Below, piece after piece: positions 1 to 7,851 of a DNA stretch of 64,000 nt; within the stretch, counting starts at the first letter, position 1, and every line of letters starts with the position of its first letter. This DNA comes from an uncultured Gammaproteobacteria bacterium. Lineage in GTDB: Bacteria > Pseudomonadota > Gammaproteobacteria > JACCXJ01. The notes under the pieces are model-generated. The model did no database searches. It had not been told where the DNA came from and saw nothing but the letters and a program-made list of their open reading frames with translations. The stretch lies in assembly GCA_963764725.1 (NCBI GenBank), contig CAVXTM010000009.1, forward strand, positions 106,867 through 170,866. The letters are read 5' to 3'. Position numbers and translations under genes: made by a program.

Positions 1-429
1 AATGAATATCTCATCGGCGGCATCGGGGAGCTGCCGCCGGGCGCCTGTTGGCCGGAGCTTTGGGTGATAGAAGAGCGTGATCTGCCGCAAGCCCGCACTC
101 TCATCGATTCAGTGCTGAAAGGCGGATCCGGCACGGAGCCATGGCGCTGTCCGGCGTGCGGCGAATGGATCGAACCACAGTTCGCGGAATGCTGGCAATG
201 CGCTCAGTGTCAGGATGAGCTACCCTGCCACCTTCAAAACGCTGCATCGGCTTCGGCGCCCGGAATCCGCGCCGTTCCATATCCACCACCGCCGGGCGTT
301 TCAATGACCAGGACATCGCCGGGCCGCATCATGGTTGCCGCGCAGCCGCCCAAGGATTCCACCGTACCGTCGGCCCGCTCCACCGAGTTGCGCCCGATCT
401 TACCCGGCTCGCCGCCCGCAAGACCGTAG
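1..429 (+). CDS. DUF2007-like protein with C-terminal zinc ribbon (5' partial)
   Basis: Frame +1 from base 1 reads [22 protein letters not shown]...[20 protein letters not shown]. The ORF tail overlaps the convergent oxoprolinase gene. Confidence 0.7.
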   Translation, partial: NEYLIGGIGELPPGACWPELWVIEERDLPQARTLIDSVLKGGSGTEPWRCPACGEWIEPQFAECWQCAQCQDELPCHLQNAASASAPGIRAVPYPPPPGVSMTRTSPGRIMVAAQPPKDSTVPSARSTELRPILPGSPPARP

Positions 430-3400
430 GGCGGTATGCGCCGATGGCTCGATAGGATCGCCGCATGCGTCGTTTCCAGGAACCGCACCCGGCGCACCGC
501 GCCGTCGCCGCCGCGGTATCGGCCCCGGCCGCCGCTGCCGTGGCGTATGTGAAAGCTCTCGATCAACACCGGGAAGCGCCACTCCAACACCTCGGGATCG
601 GTCAAACGCGTGTTGGTCATGTGTGTCTGCACGCAGTCGGCGCCGTCGAAGCCCTCCCCGGCGCCCGAGCCACCGGCGATGGTCTCATAGTATTGATATT
701 CCTCATTGCCGAAGGTGAGGTTGTTCATCGTGCCTTGCGCGGCGGCCATTACACCGAGCGCCCCATAAAGCGCGTCGGTGACATACTGCGAGGTCTCGAC
801 ATTGCCCGCCACCACTGCCGCCGGGTAACGCGGGTTGAGCATCGAGCCCGCCGGGATAATGACCGTCAGGGGCTTGAGGCACCCGGCGTTGAGCGGGATG
901 TCATCGTTGACAAGGGTCCGGAAAACGTAAATCACCGCGGCCAGGGTCACGGCCGCTGGTGCGTTGAAGTTGTTCGCCTGCTGCGGCGAGGTGCCGCTAA
1001 AGTCGATCACCGCCGCGCGTGTGGTCCTGTCTATGGTGATCTTGACGTTGATCGCCGCGCCATGGTCCATCTCGTAAGTGAACTCACCGTCACGAAGCAC
1101 CTCGATCGCTCGCCGCACCGACTCCTCGGCGTTATCTTGCACGTGTCGCATATAGGCCCGCACGGTTTTCAGACCAAAGTAAGCCACCATGCGGCGGAGC
1201 TCCTGCACGCCCTTTTCGTTGGCGGCGATCATGGCGCGCAGGTCGGCCAGATTTTGGCTCGGGTTGCGTGCGGGATAGAGGCTCGAGGTCAGGATCTTCA
1301 GTAACTCGTCCTCGCGCAAGCGGCCTTGCTCGACGAGGAGGAAGTTATCGATCAATATACCCTCTTCCTCGATATGACGGCTCGCCGGAGGCATAGAGCC
1401 CGGCGTCATCCCGCCGATGTCGGCGTGATGCCCGCGCGAGCCGAGGTAGAACAAAATGCGCTCGCCCCCCTCCTCGAATACCGGTGTGATGACGGTCATG
1501 TCCGGGAGGTGCGTGCCACCGCGGTAAGGGGCGTTCAGCAGGTAGACGTCACCCGGATGCATCGTGTCGGCGTTCGCGCGCCGCACCGCTTGCACGCTCT
1601 CGCTCATCGACCCGAGGTGCACGGGCAGGTGAGGCGCATTGGCGATCAACTGCCCCTCGGCATCGAACAGTGCGCAAGAGAAGTCCAGGCGCTCCTTGAT
1701 GTTGACCGAGTAAGCGGTGTTGGCGAGCGCTGCGCCCATCCGCTCGGCGATCGACATGAACAGGTTACTGAATATTTCCAGCATCACCGGATTGGCCTGG
1801 GCGCCAAGCGCGGTGCTTTTCGGGCGGGGGATCTTGCGCGTGAGTACAAGACAGTTCTGCGGCGTGACGGCGGCCTGCCAGCCCGGCTCGATCACGGTGG
1901 TGGCGTTGGCTTCGGCGATGATCGCGGGTCCCGCGATCCGATCGCTGGGCCGCAGCGTATCCCGATCATAGATAGGTGTGGGGTGCTGACAGCCGCCGCT
2001 CCACATGGTTACTATCTCGGCGGGTGCCGGAGAGGTGGCTGCTGCTACCTTCGCGGCAGGAGACGGCGGCACCGGGCGATCTTCGGAGTCTTCTCCCAAG
2101 CCCGTCACTTCGACGGAAACCACTTCAACGACGAGCGGGCGATCGGCCATCAAAAAACCGTAGCGTTGGCGGTATACCTGTTCGAACTGCTTGACCATGT
2201 GATTCGGCGCGGCAAAATTGACCGTCAACGCAGAGTCCGTTCCCTCGTAACGCAGATGCACGCGCTTAGCTACACGCCACCGCGGCCTCGCTTGACCGCT
2301 CAATTTCTTACGGCCCTCCACTGCTAGCTCCTCGAACACGGTACGCAGGCCGGGCATGACCGCCGGATCGAGCTTTGCTTCGATGGCGCGCTCGCGCATG
2401 ACGCTCACCTCGGCGAGCCCCATGCCATAGGCGGAAAGCACACCGGCGTGAGCGTGAATGAAGATTTTATCCATCGCCAAAGCGTCGGCGACCAAACAGG
2501 CATGTTGACCGGCCGCCCCGCCGAAGCAGCAGAGACAATAGGCGGTGACATCGTAACCGCGTTGCACCGAAATCTTCTTGATGGCATTGGCCATATTTCC
2601 TATCGCGACCTGGACGAAGCCCTCGGCCACTTCCAGCGGCGATCGGCTATCGCCGGTGGCGGCCGTGATCTCCGCCGCGAGATCCTCGAACTTTCCTCGC
2701 ACGATCTCGGCATCGAGCGGCTGATCGCCGCACGCGCCAAATACGCGCGGAAAGAACCTCGGTTGCAGCTTGCCGAGCATCACGTTGCAGTCGGTGATGG
2801 TGAGCGGCCCGTCGGCTCGATAACAGGCCGGCCCGGGGTAAGCCCCAGCCGAGTCCGGGCCTACCCGATAGCGCATGCCATCGAAGTGAAGAATCGAGCC
2901 GCCGCCCGCCGCTACCGTATGGATGAACAGAATGGGGGCGCGGAACCGTACCCCGGCGACTTGCGTTTCGAAGGCGCGTTCGAGCTCGCCCGCGTAATGG
3001 GAGACGTCGGTGGAGGTGCCGCCCATATCGAAGCCGATCACCTTGTCGAATCCTGCGGCGAGCGCCGTCCTCACCGCCCCGACTACACCGCCTGCCGGGC
3101 CGGACAGGAGGCTGTCTTTGCCGCGGAACCGATAGGCCTCGGCCAGTCCGCCATTGGATTGCATGAACAGTAAACGCGAGCCATGAAGTTCCCGTTCCAT
3201 GTTCTCGACGTAGCGGCAGAGGATCGGGGAGAGATAGGCGTCCGCGACTGTGGTGTCGCCCCGGCTCACGAATTTCATCAGCGGGCTGACTTCATGCGAT
3301 GCCGAGATCTGCGTGAAGCCGATCGCACGGGCTGCCTGCGCCACCTGCCGCTCGTGGGCCGAATAACGATAGCCGTGCATGAAAACGATCGCGACCGCGC

Positions 3401-3893
3401 GCAAGCCGCGGGCGAATGCGGCCCGCAACTCATTTTCAGCCCCTTCAAGGTCGAGCGGAACGAGCACCTCGCCGCGGGCGCCGACGCGCTCCCTTACCTC
3501 GATCACGTCTGTATAGAGCATCTCGGGCATGATGATGTGCCGCGCAAAGATGTGGGGTCGGTTCTGGTAGCCGATGCGCAACGCATCGCGGAAACCCCTC
3601 GTCACCACCAACAGCGTCGGTTCGCCCTTGCGCTCGAGAAGGGCATTGGTCGCGACAGTCGTGCCCATCTTCACCGACTCGATCCACTCGCTCGGGATCG
3701 GTTCATCGGGACCGAGGCCTAAAAAATAACGAATGCCGGCGAGCGCCGCGTCGGAATACCGGCCCGGATTTTCGGAGAGCAGCTTGTGGGTCAAAAGCCG
3801 CCCGTTCGGACTGCGGGCGACGATATCGGTAAAGGTACCGCCGCGGTCGATCCAGAACTGCCAGCGGGGTTTCGATTCGGACGGCTTCTCCAT
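234..3893 (-). CDS. 5-oxoprolinase (ATP-hydrolysing), fused hydantoinase A/B family
   Basis: [54 protein letters not shown]. Likely start is ATG 3893. Confidence 0.93.
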   Translation of the reverse strand: MEKPSESKPRWQFWIDRGGTFTDIVARSPNGRLLTHKLLSENPGRYSDAALAGIRYFLGLGPDEPIPSEWIESVKMGTTVATNALLERKGEPTLLVVTRGFRDALRIGYQNRPHIFARHIIMPEMLYTDVIEVRERVGARGEVLVPLDLEGAENELRAAFARGLRAVAIVFMHGYRYSAHERQVAQAARAIGFTQISASHEVSPLMKFVSRGDTTVADAYLSPILCRYVENMERELHGSRLLFMQSNGGLAEAYRFRGKDSLLSGPAGGVVGAVRTALAAGFDKVIGFDMGGTSTDVSHYAGELERAFETQVAGVRFRAPILFIHTVAAGGGSILHFDGMRYRVGPDSAGAYPGPACYRADGPLTITDCNVMLGKLQPRFFPRVFGACGDQPLDAEIVRGKFEDLAAEITAATGDSRSPLEVAEGFVQVAIGNMANAIKKISVQRGYDVTAYCLCCFGGAAGQHACLVADALAMDKIFIHAHAGVLSAYGMGLAEVSVMRERAIEAKLDPAVMPGLRTVFEELAVEGRKKLSGQARPRWRVAKRVHLRYEGTDSALTVNFAAPNHMVKQFEQVYRQRYGFLMADRPLVVEVVSVEVTGLGEDSEDRPVPPSPAAKVAAATSPAPAEIVTMWSGGCQHPTPIYDRDTLRPSDRIAGPAIIAEANATTVIEPGWQAAVTPQNCLVLTRKIPRPKSTALGAQANPVMLEIFSNLFMSIAERMGAALANTAYSVNIKERLDFSCALFDAEGQLIANAPHLPVHLGSMSESVQAVRRANADTMHPGDVYLLNAPYRGGTHLPDMTVITPVFEEGGERILFYLGSRGHHADIGGMTPGSMPPASRHIEEEGILIDNFLLVEQGRLREDELLKILTSSLYPARNPSQNLADLRAMIAANEKGVQELRRMVAYFGLKTVRAYMRHVQDNAEESVRRAIEVLRDGEFTYEMDHGAAINVKITIDRTTRAAVIDFSGTSPQQANNFNAPAAVTLAAVIYVFRTLVNDDIPLNAGCLKPLTVIIPAGSMLNPRYPAAVVAGNVETSQYVTDALYGALGVMAAAQGTMNNLTFGNEEYQYYETIAGGSGAGEGFDGADCVQTHMTNTRLTDPEVLEWRFPVLIESFHIRHGSGGRGRYRGGDGAVRRVRFLETTHAAILSSHRRIPPYGLAGGEPGKIGRNSVERADGTVESLGGCAATMMRPGDVLVIETPGGGGYGTARIPGAEADAAF

Positions 3894-4050
3894 CGCCGGG
3901 AAGATAGCACAAATGGCCGGTCGCGCCTCCCGCCAAGGTGCGAATCCCAAGCGTGCGCGAGGGAATCAACGTGTACTACGTGGCGGACACCCGAACGATG
4001 CGATACGACCGGCTGGCGTCGGTGGATGCACATACTGGTGGGATCTCTCG

Positions 4051-4121
4051 ATCCTGCGTTATGTCCATTGGGCCAAGGGGCGCATGATCTCATCGCCGCG
4101 CTGGACGTGGGTCATGGTTGA
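4051..4121 (+). pseudogene. C-terminal relic of a tyrosine recombinase of the type found coupled to IS91-like transposases
   Basis: ILRYVHW (resembles the catalytic Tyr segment), then in another frame GQGAHDLIAALDVGHG*. This end overlaps the ATG (4114) of the following transposase relic. Confidence 0.45.
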
Positions 4122-4330
4122 AGCCTCCTTGCAAACGGTGATGCGCCGTGGTCTCGACCGTTATCGTGCGTCCCATCGGCTGACCCCCCACCAGTGCCAG
4201 GTCTGCCATCATATCCTCGCCTGCCGCACCGAAGCCCTCGGCGGGCTCCGGCTGGATTGCGACCACCACGGGCAGCCGGCCTCAGTACTACGCCTGCCGC
4301 GACGCCACTGCCCACCTCAGGCCACCCACC
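4114..4330 (+). pseudogene. IS91-family transposase N-terminal zinc-binding domain, frameshifted and truncated
   Basis: MVEASLQ...HILACRTEALGGLRLDCDH, then QYYACRD/RHCP across frameshifts. Matches the IS91-like CRT..LGG..C..C...CR.RHCP pattern. Confidence 0.75.
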
Positions 4331-4499
4331 CACCGCCTCCTACCCGCCAGTGACTTCCACAGGCTCTCTCCTAAGGAATACAATCGCCTTTAATATAAGG
4401 ACAACTGATCCAAACCGACAAGCCCGGTGTCGTCGCGGTTTAGTCCAGCAGACATTTATCCGTCATGCTGGACAGCGCACGACGGATAAATGCATATTT

Positions 4500-5400
4500 G
4501 TTAGCCGTCATAGCTGGAACGTTTCGGCCTTGAGCTCCCTCACTTACTGTTATGTTGACGAGAGCATTCACGATTCCGTGGGCGTCGTTGTTACCGCTTT
4601 CGTTTTTAGCAATTCCGCTTTCGCAATTGCTGTAACTGAGGCCTTGCGGGACGCAGGCATCAACCCTCCGCACGACGAGTACAAAAGTAGTGCGCGGATG
4701 GACACCGACGAACGAATGCGAAGCGCGCGAGACAATTTGATGTTTTTGGCCGGTTCCGAGTCAAAGATTGCTGTGTTTATCGGCCCCTTTTATCGACCAC
4801 GATTGGGACGGCAATCACTGCAAGCACTGCAATCTGTGTTGGTGCGGAATGCGATCCCTCCCTCATCGTTGCGTGTTCATTTCGATCAGGGGATTTTTCC
4901 CTCGGCTTCAGAAGCTTCGCGCCTTCACAGGCTTTTTCATTCTCTGGCGGGTGCTGAGATCATGCCCGAGGAGGATTCACGCTCCTGTGTAGGAATCCAA
5001 GTCGCAGATGCAGTAGCTCATAGCTTCGGACAGATCATCAAGGCCGCACTAACAGGTAATGAAAAAATGATCGATATAGGGGGACCAAATACTGGGTATT
5101 CCGGAGGGACTGAAGCGCCACTAGGCTGGTCACTATTGATGAATCTGCGTTACGCGTTGCTAACCCGCCCCATCATTCATAACGGCGAACCGTATTTGGC
5201 AGAATGCGATCCAGTCGTACTAGACCCTGCTAACGATGACCCAGTAGATTTTGGTCAGCATCCGACTCTATTGGGATGGGGAGTCCAGGTAGCTCCTGAA
5301 GCGGATGCATCGCTACGACAGGCGGTTGAACAAAAACTGGGGCGTATTTGGCTAGGGTGCATTCATTGACGGCTAAGCACGTCATCGAGTTGACGGCCTA
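4500..5400 (+). mobile_element. Integron gene-cassette-like unit
   Basis: G|TTAGCCGTCA at 4500-4510 is the exact complement of TGACGGCTAA at 5367-5376, which includes the stop codon. The putative attC that follows is truncated. Confidence 0.55.
4530..5369 (+). CDS. DUF3800-family protein (RNase H-like, YVDES...QxAD)
   Basis: N-terminal YCYVDES and GIQVADAVAH motifs. GC is lower than the flanks. Start at TTG 4530 is uncertain. Confidence 0.7.
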   Translation: MSSLTYCYVDESIHDSVGVVVTAFVFSNSAFAIAVTEALRDAGINPPHDEYKSSARMDTDERMRSARDNLMFLAGSESKIAVFIGPFYRPRLGRQSLQALQSVLVRNAIPPSSLRVHFDQGIFPSASEASRLHRLFHSLAGAEIMPEEDSRSCVGIQVADAVAHSFGQIIKAALTGNEKMIDIGGPNTGYSGGTEAPLGWSLLMNLRYALLTRPIIHNGEPYLAECDPVVLDPANDDPVDFGQHPTLLGWGVQVAPEADASLRQAVEQKLGRIWLGCIH

Positions 5401-5430
5401 CCCGCAAACGCGCGTAAGGCAGAAAGCTCG

Positions 5431-5462
5431 CGTAGGGAGGAACGCCGAAGGTGGTTCCGCCG
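5431..5462 (+). repeat. GTAG-type REP-like hairpin upstream of RAYT
   Basis: CGTAGGGAGGAACGCCGAAGGTGGTTCCGCCG: GTAG followed by a GGAAC/GTTCC stem. Related relics at ~6177-6195 and ~7699-7727. Confidence 0.55.
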
Positions 5463-5490
5463 AATGAATAAGAGGTGATAATGTTTACCG

Positions 5491-5900
5491 ATGCCGGACT
5501 ACCGCCGTTACCGTGTGCCGGGAGGTACGTACTTTTTCACCATCAATCTCTTAGAACGCCGCGCCGACTTGTTGGTGCGGCATATCGAGGCGTTGCGGGA
5601 AGCAGTGAAGCGTACGCGAGCCGAGCGATCATTCCATATCGACGCCTGGGTCGTGCTACCCGATCACATGCATTGGCGTGATTACCCTACCACCCGGCGA
5701 CGATGGCTTTTCCAATCGCATTAGAGCAATCAAGATTCGCTTTGTACAGGCGCTGGCGCCGACGGAGCGGCCTTCATCGGTACGAATGGCCAAGGGTGAA
5801 CGTGGCCTGGCAACGGCGTTTTTGGGAGCATGCTATTCGGGACGAGGGAAGATTATGCGCGACATACGGTTACGTCTCAACATGGCTCGTCTTGAGTAAT
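5491..5900 (+). pseudogene. REP-associated tyrosine transposase (RAYT), frameshifted
   Basis: MPDYRRYRVPGGTYFFTINL...WVVLPDHMH | ITLPPGDDGFSNR...GERG | WQRRFWEHAIRDE, spread over three frames. Confidence 0.88.
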
Positions 5901-6256
5901 GCCCAATATGCTGGGCCTGACGTGCTCCGGTACCTGGCAGGCCGCCTGTCGGAGGCAATGGACGTGCAGGAGACGGTCAAGGCCTGATGTGGAATGCTTA
6001 GAAGCGGAGCACGTGCAGGTCGGTTGCTTCAATGGCCCGACCTTCGACCTTTCATCGTTGGTGAAGGCAGGTGCCATCGCTCGCGCTTGGGGTGGCGAGG
6101 GTGCGTTGGACGTTGCCGAGGGGAACGTGTTCCAGACGTAATGACGCTGGTAACGTGTCATGTCGGCGAAGAGCAACACCCCTGCGGGGTTCCGCGTGTC
6201 CTGGGCGGACGGCGGGGCGCTCGGCAGGTCCCCAAGCGCCGGCCAAAGACCTTGCT

Positions 6257-6841
6257 TCAAAGCCTGAGCAACCAGTAGGTTCGATCTGCAAATACGGTGT
6301 CATGCACGGGTAGCTCTTCGAAGCCGAGCTTGGCGAAAAGGGCTCGGATCGCTGTCGCGTTGGTAGCGGTGCGCGCGATTTGGTAGATGAATCCTTGACT
6401 CCGAAGCACAGGGATCAGCGCGGCGGCGAGTCCATAGGCGATCTGTCGCCTCCGGGCTCCGGGGTCCACGCAGACCGTGTCCGCGTAGAATAGGCGCTTG
6501 CCCTCCTCGAAGAGATAATCGAGCGCCGGAGTGCCGGAGATCGCGCCGAGCGTGAGGTCCCGAGGGTCGTCGCTCTCTCGAAGGATCTCGTAGCCAAGAG
6601 TATAACCGACGATTGCGCCCGAGCCCTTAGTCTTAGCAATAAAGGCCAGGGCGTTACGCCGCATCAGATCGACGCCGAGGCCGAAGTGAAGGCGCGGCCT
6701 TTCGAGATCGTCACTCCAAGGGGGCTCGCGAAAAGACCGATAGGCTAGGGATGCTATCTGCTCGATCAGGATCCCGGAGGCATCTGCCCGCAAGTCCTCT
6801 ACGCAGATCCGCTCGACCGCAATGTCGTGGCCATCAGTCAT
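6257..6841 (-). CDS. GNAT-family N-acetyltransferase
   Basis: CVDPGARRRQIAYGL acetyl-CoA-binding motif and NATAIRALFAKLGF. Start ATG 6841. Confidence 0.8.
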   Translation of the reverse strand: MTDGHDIAVERICVEDLRADASGILIEQIASLAYRSFREPPWSDDLERPRLHFGLGVDLMRRNALAFIAKTKGSGAIVGYTLGYEILRESDDPRDLTLGAISGTPALDYLFEEGKRLFYADTVCVDPGARRRQIAYGLAAALIPVLRSQGFIYQIARTATNATAIRALFAKLGFEELPVHDTVFADRTYWLLRL

Positions 6842-6896
6842 TGGCTTAGGCGCCGCGGGGGTCGAGCGGCTGACAATGCAAAGGAATGATACCGCT

Positions 6897-7598
6897 TTAT
6901 AGGGGATAATCGGCGTAGATGAGACTGCGCCACATATGAGCGGCAGGGCTAGTATCGTAGCCGAGCCCTTCTTTCGGCTGTTTGAAATGCCGGCCAATGA
7001 TGTCTGTAAATGGCTCGATTGACACCTTCGCAGTAGGATCAAAGCTGTAATCGTCGTGCAGTGTAATCAGGCGCGCTTCCGTATACCAAGGGTGATTCCG
7101 CGCATAGGTGTATGCCGCCTCGATGTAGGGCGGAGGGGCGTAGTTTTCCCCGAAGATACGGCGGTACATCTCGGGGTACTCGTATCCAACCGAAGGGTCC
7201 GGGTAGAAGCGGAGCGCTTGATGGTAGCGGATCGCCCAACTCACCTTCTCCGAGACGTAGGGCTCGACAAGTTGTGCGCTCCACCATCCGTGATTGACCA
7301 TCATGAGGTTCATCCCGATGTCGTGCAGCAAACACGCTAAAATCGTTTCTTCGGGGCATCCCTGCTTCATGGATCGGGTCGCGCTCTGCAGACAATGGTT
7401 GACTGTTCCCGAGGCAAACCGGAACGCGAAGAAGTCGGCCAAGCTTGGCGTTGCTGGCATGGGTTCGAGCGGTGTGAGCGGCCGCGACGGACACGAGGGA
7501 ACAAGCGACTTTGCGACAAATAGACAGCCCGCTCCCTGCCGGTACGTATTCGGCAAGGGAGGTACCGCGTCCGCTGTGTGTTGGTTCCCGGTCGTCAT
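6897..7598 (-). CDS. HD-domain metalloenzyme (PhnZ/MIOX-like oxygenase or phosphohydrolase)
   Basis: HCLQSAT...ACLLHDIG...NHG...IRYHQ...HDD metal ligands. Confidence 0.75.
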   Translation of the reverse strand: MTTGNQHTADAVPPLPNTYRQGAGCLFVAKSLVPSCPSRPLTPLEPMPATPSLADFFAFRFASGTVNHCLQSATRSMKQGCPEETILACLLHDIGMNLMMVNHGWWSAQLVEPYVSEKVSWAIRYHQALRFYPDPSVGYEYPEMYRRIFGENYAPPPYIEAAYTYARNHPWYTEARLITLHDDYSFDPTAKVSIEPFTDIIGRHFKQPKEGLGYDTSPAAHMWRSLIYADYPL

Positions 7599-7722
7599 AG
7601 GCTCAAATGTCCCGATAGAAAGCAGGCAGTAATACCCAAACCAACCGCCGCGTTTTTAATACTTTAATCATAGCACCTTCGACCGTTGACCTAACGCGCG
7701 TAAGGCGGAAGCCCCTTGTGGG

Positions 7723-7845
7723 GTCCCAAAAGAGGCCCGTAAGCCAGTACTGCCGGTTGATATACTGCACGTAGCACCGTCCCAACGAAATCACAAGCGT
7801 GGGTACCGTCGCGGCGTTCCTGGGGGTGAGGAGCAGGTGGACATG
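7723..7845 (-). pseudogene. Internal fragment of a second HUH Y1 (RAYT/IS200-like) transposase
   Basis: Minus strand reads HVHLLLTPRNAATVPTLVISLGRCYVQYINRQYWLTGLFWD, containing the HUH motif. Confidence 0.75.
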
Positions 7846-7851
7846 GTACGC

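Noticed and set aside
234-429. 196-bp convergent overlap between the first ORF and oxoprolinase as a functional feature
   Set aside because: The tail after the Zn ribbon is low-information and most simply reflects loss of a stop codon.
465-3722. Long plus-strand ORFs (465-1304, 1326-2327, 2448-3173, 3183-3722)
   Set aside because: Antisense shadows of the oxoprolinase gene caused by high-GC codon bias; no motifs.
3950-4110. Search for a duplicated tRNA-Arg 3' end marking the island boundary
   Set aside because: No convincing copy of TGGCGCCCTGGGCCGG was found by eye.
4194-4529. N-terminal extension of the DUF3800 ORF
   Set aside because: It runs through the IS91 relic and structured leader; the family motif begins near 4550.
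5900-6250. Several short ORFs between RAYT and GNAT
   Set aside because: No motifs or consistent RBS; probably decayed sequence.
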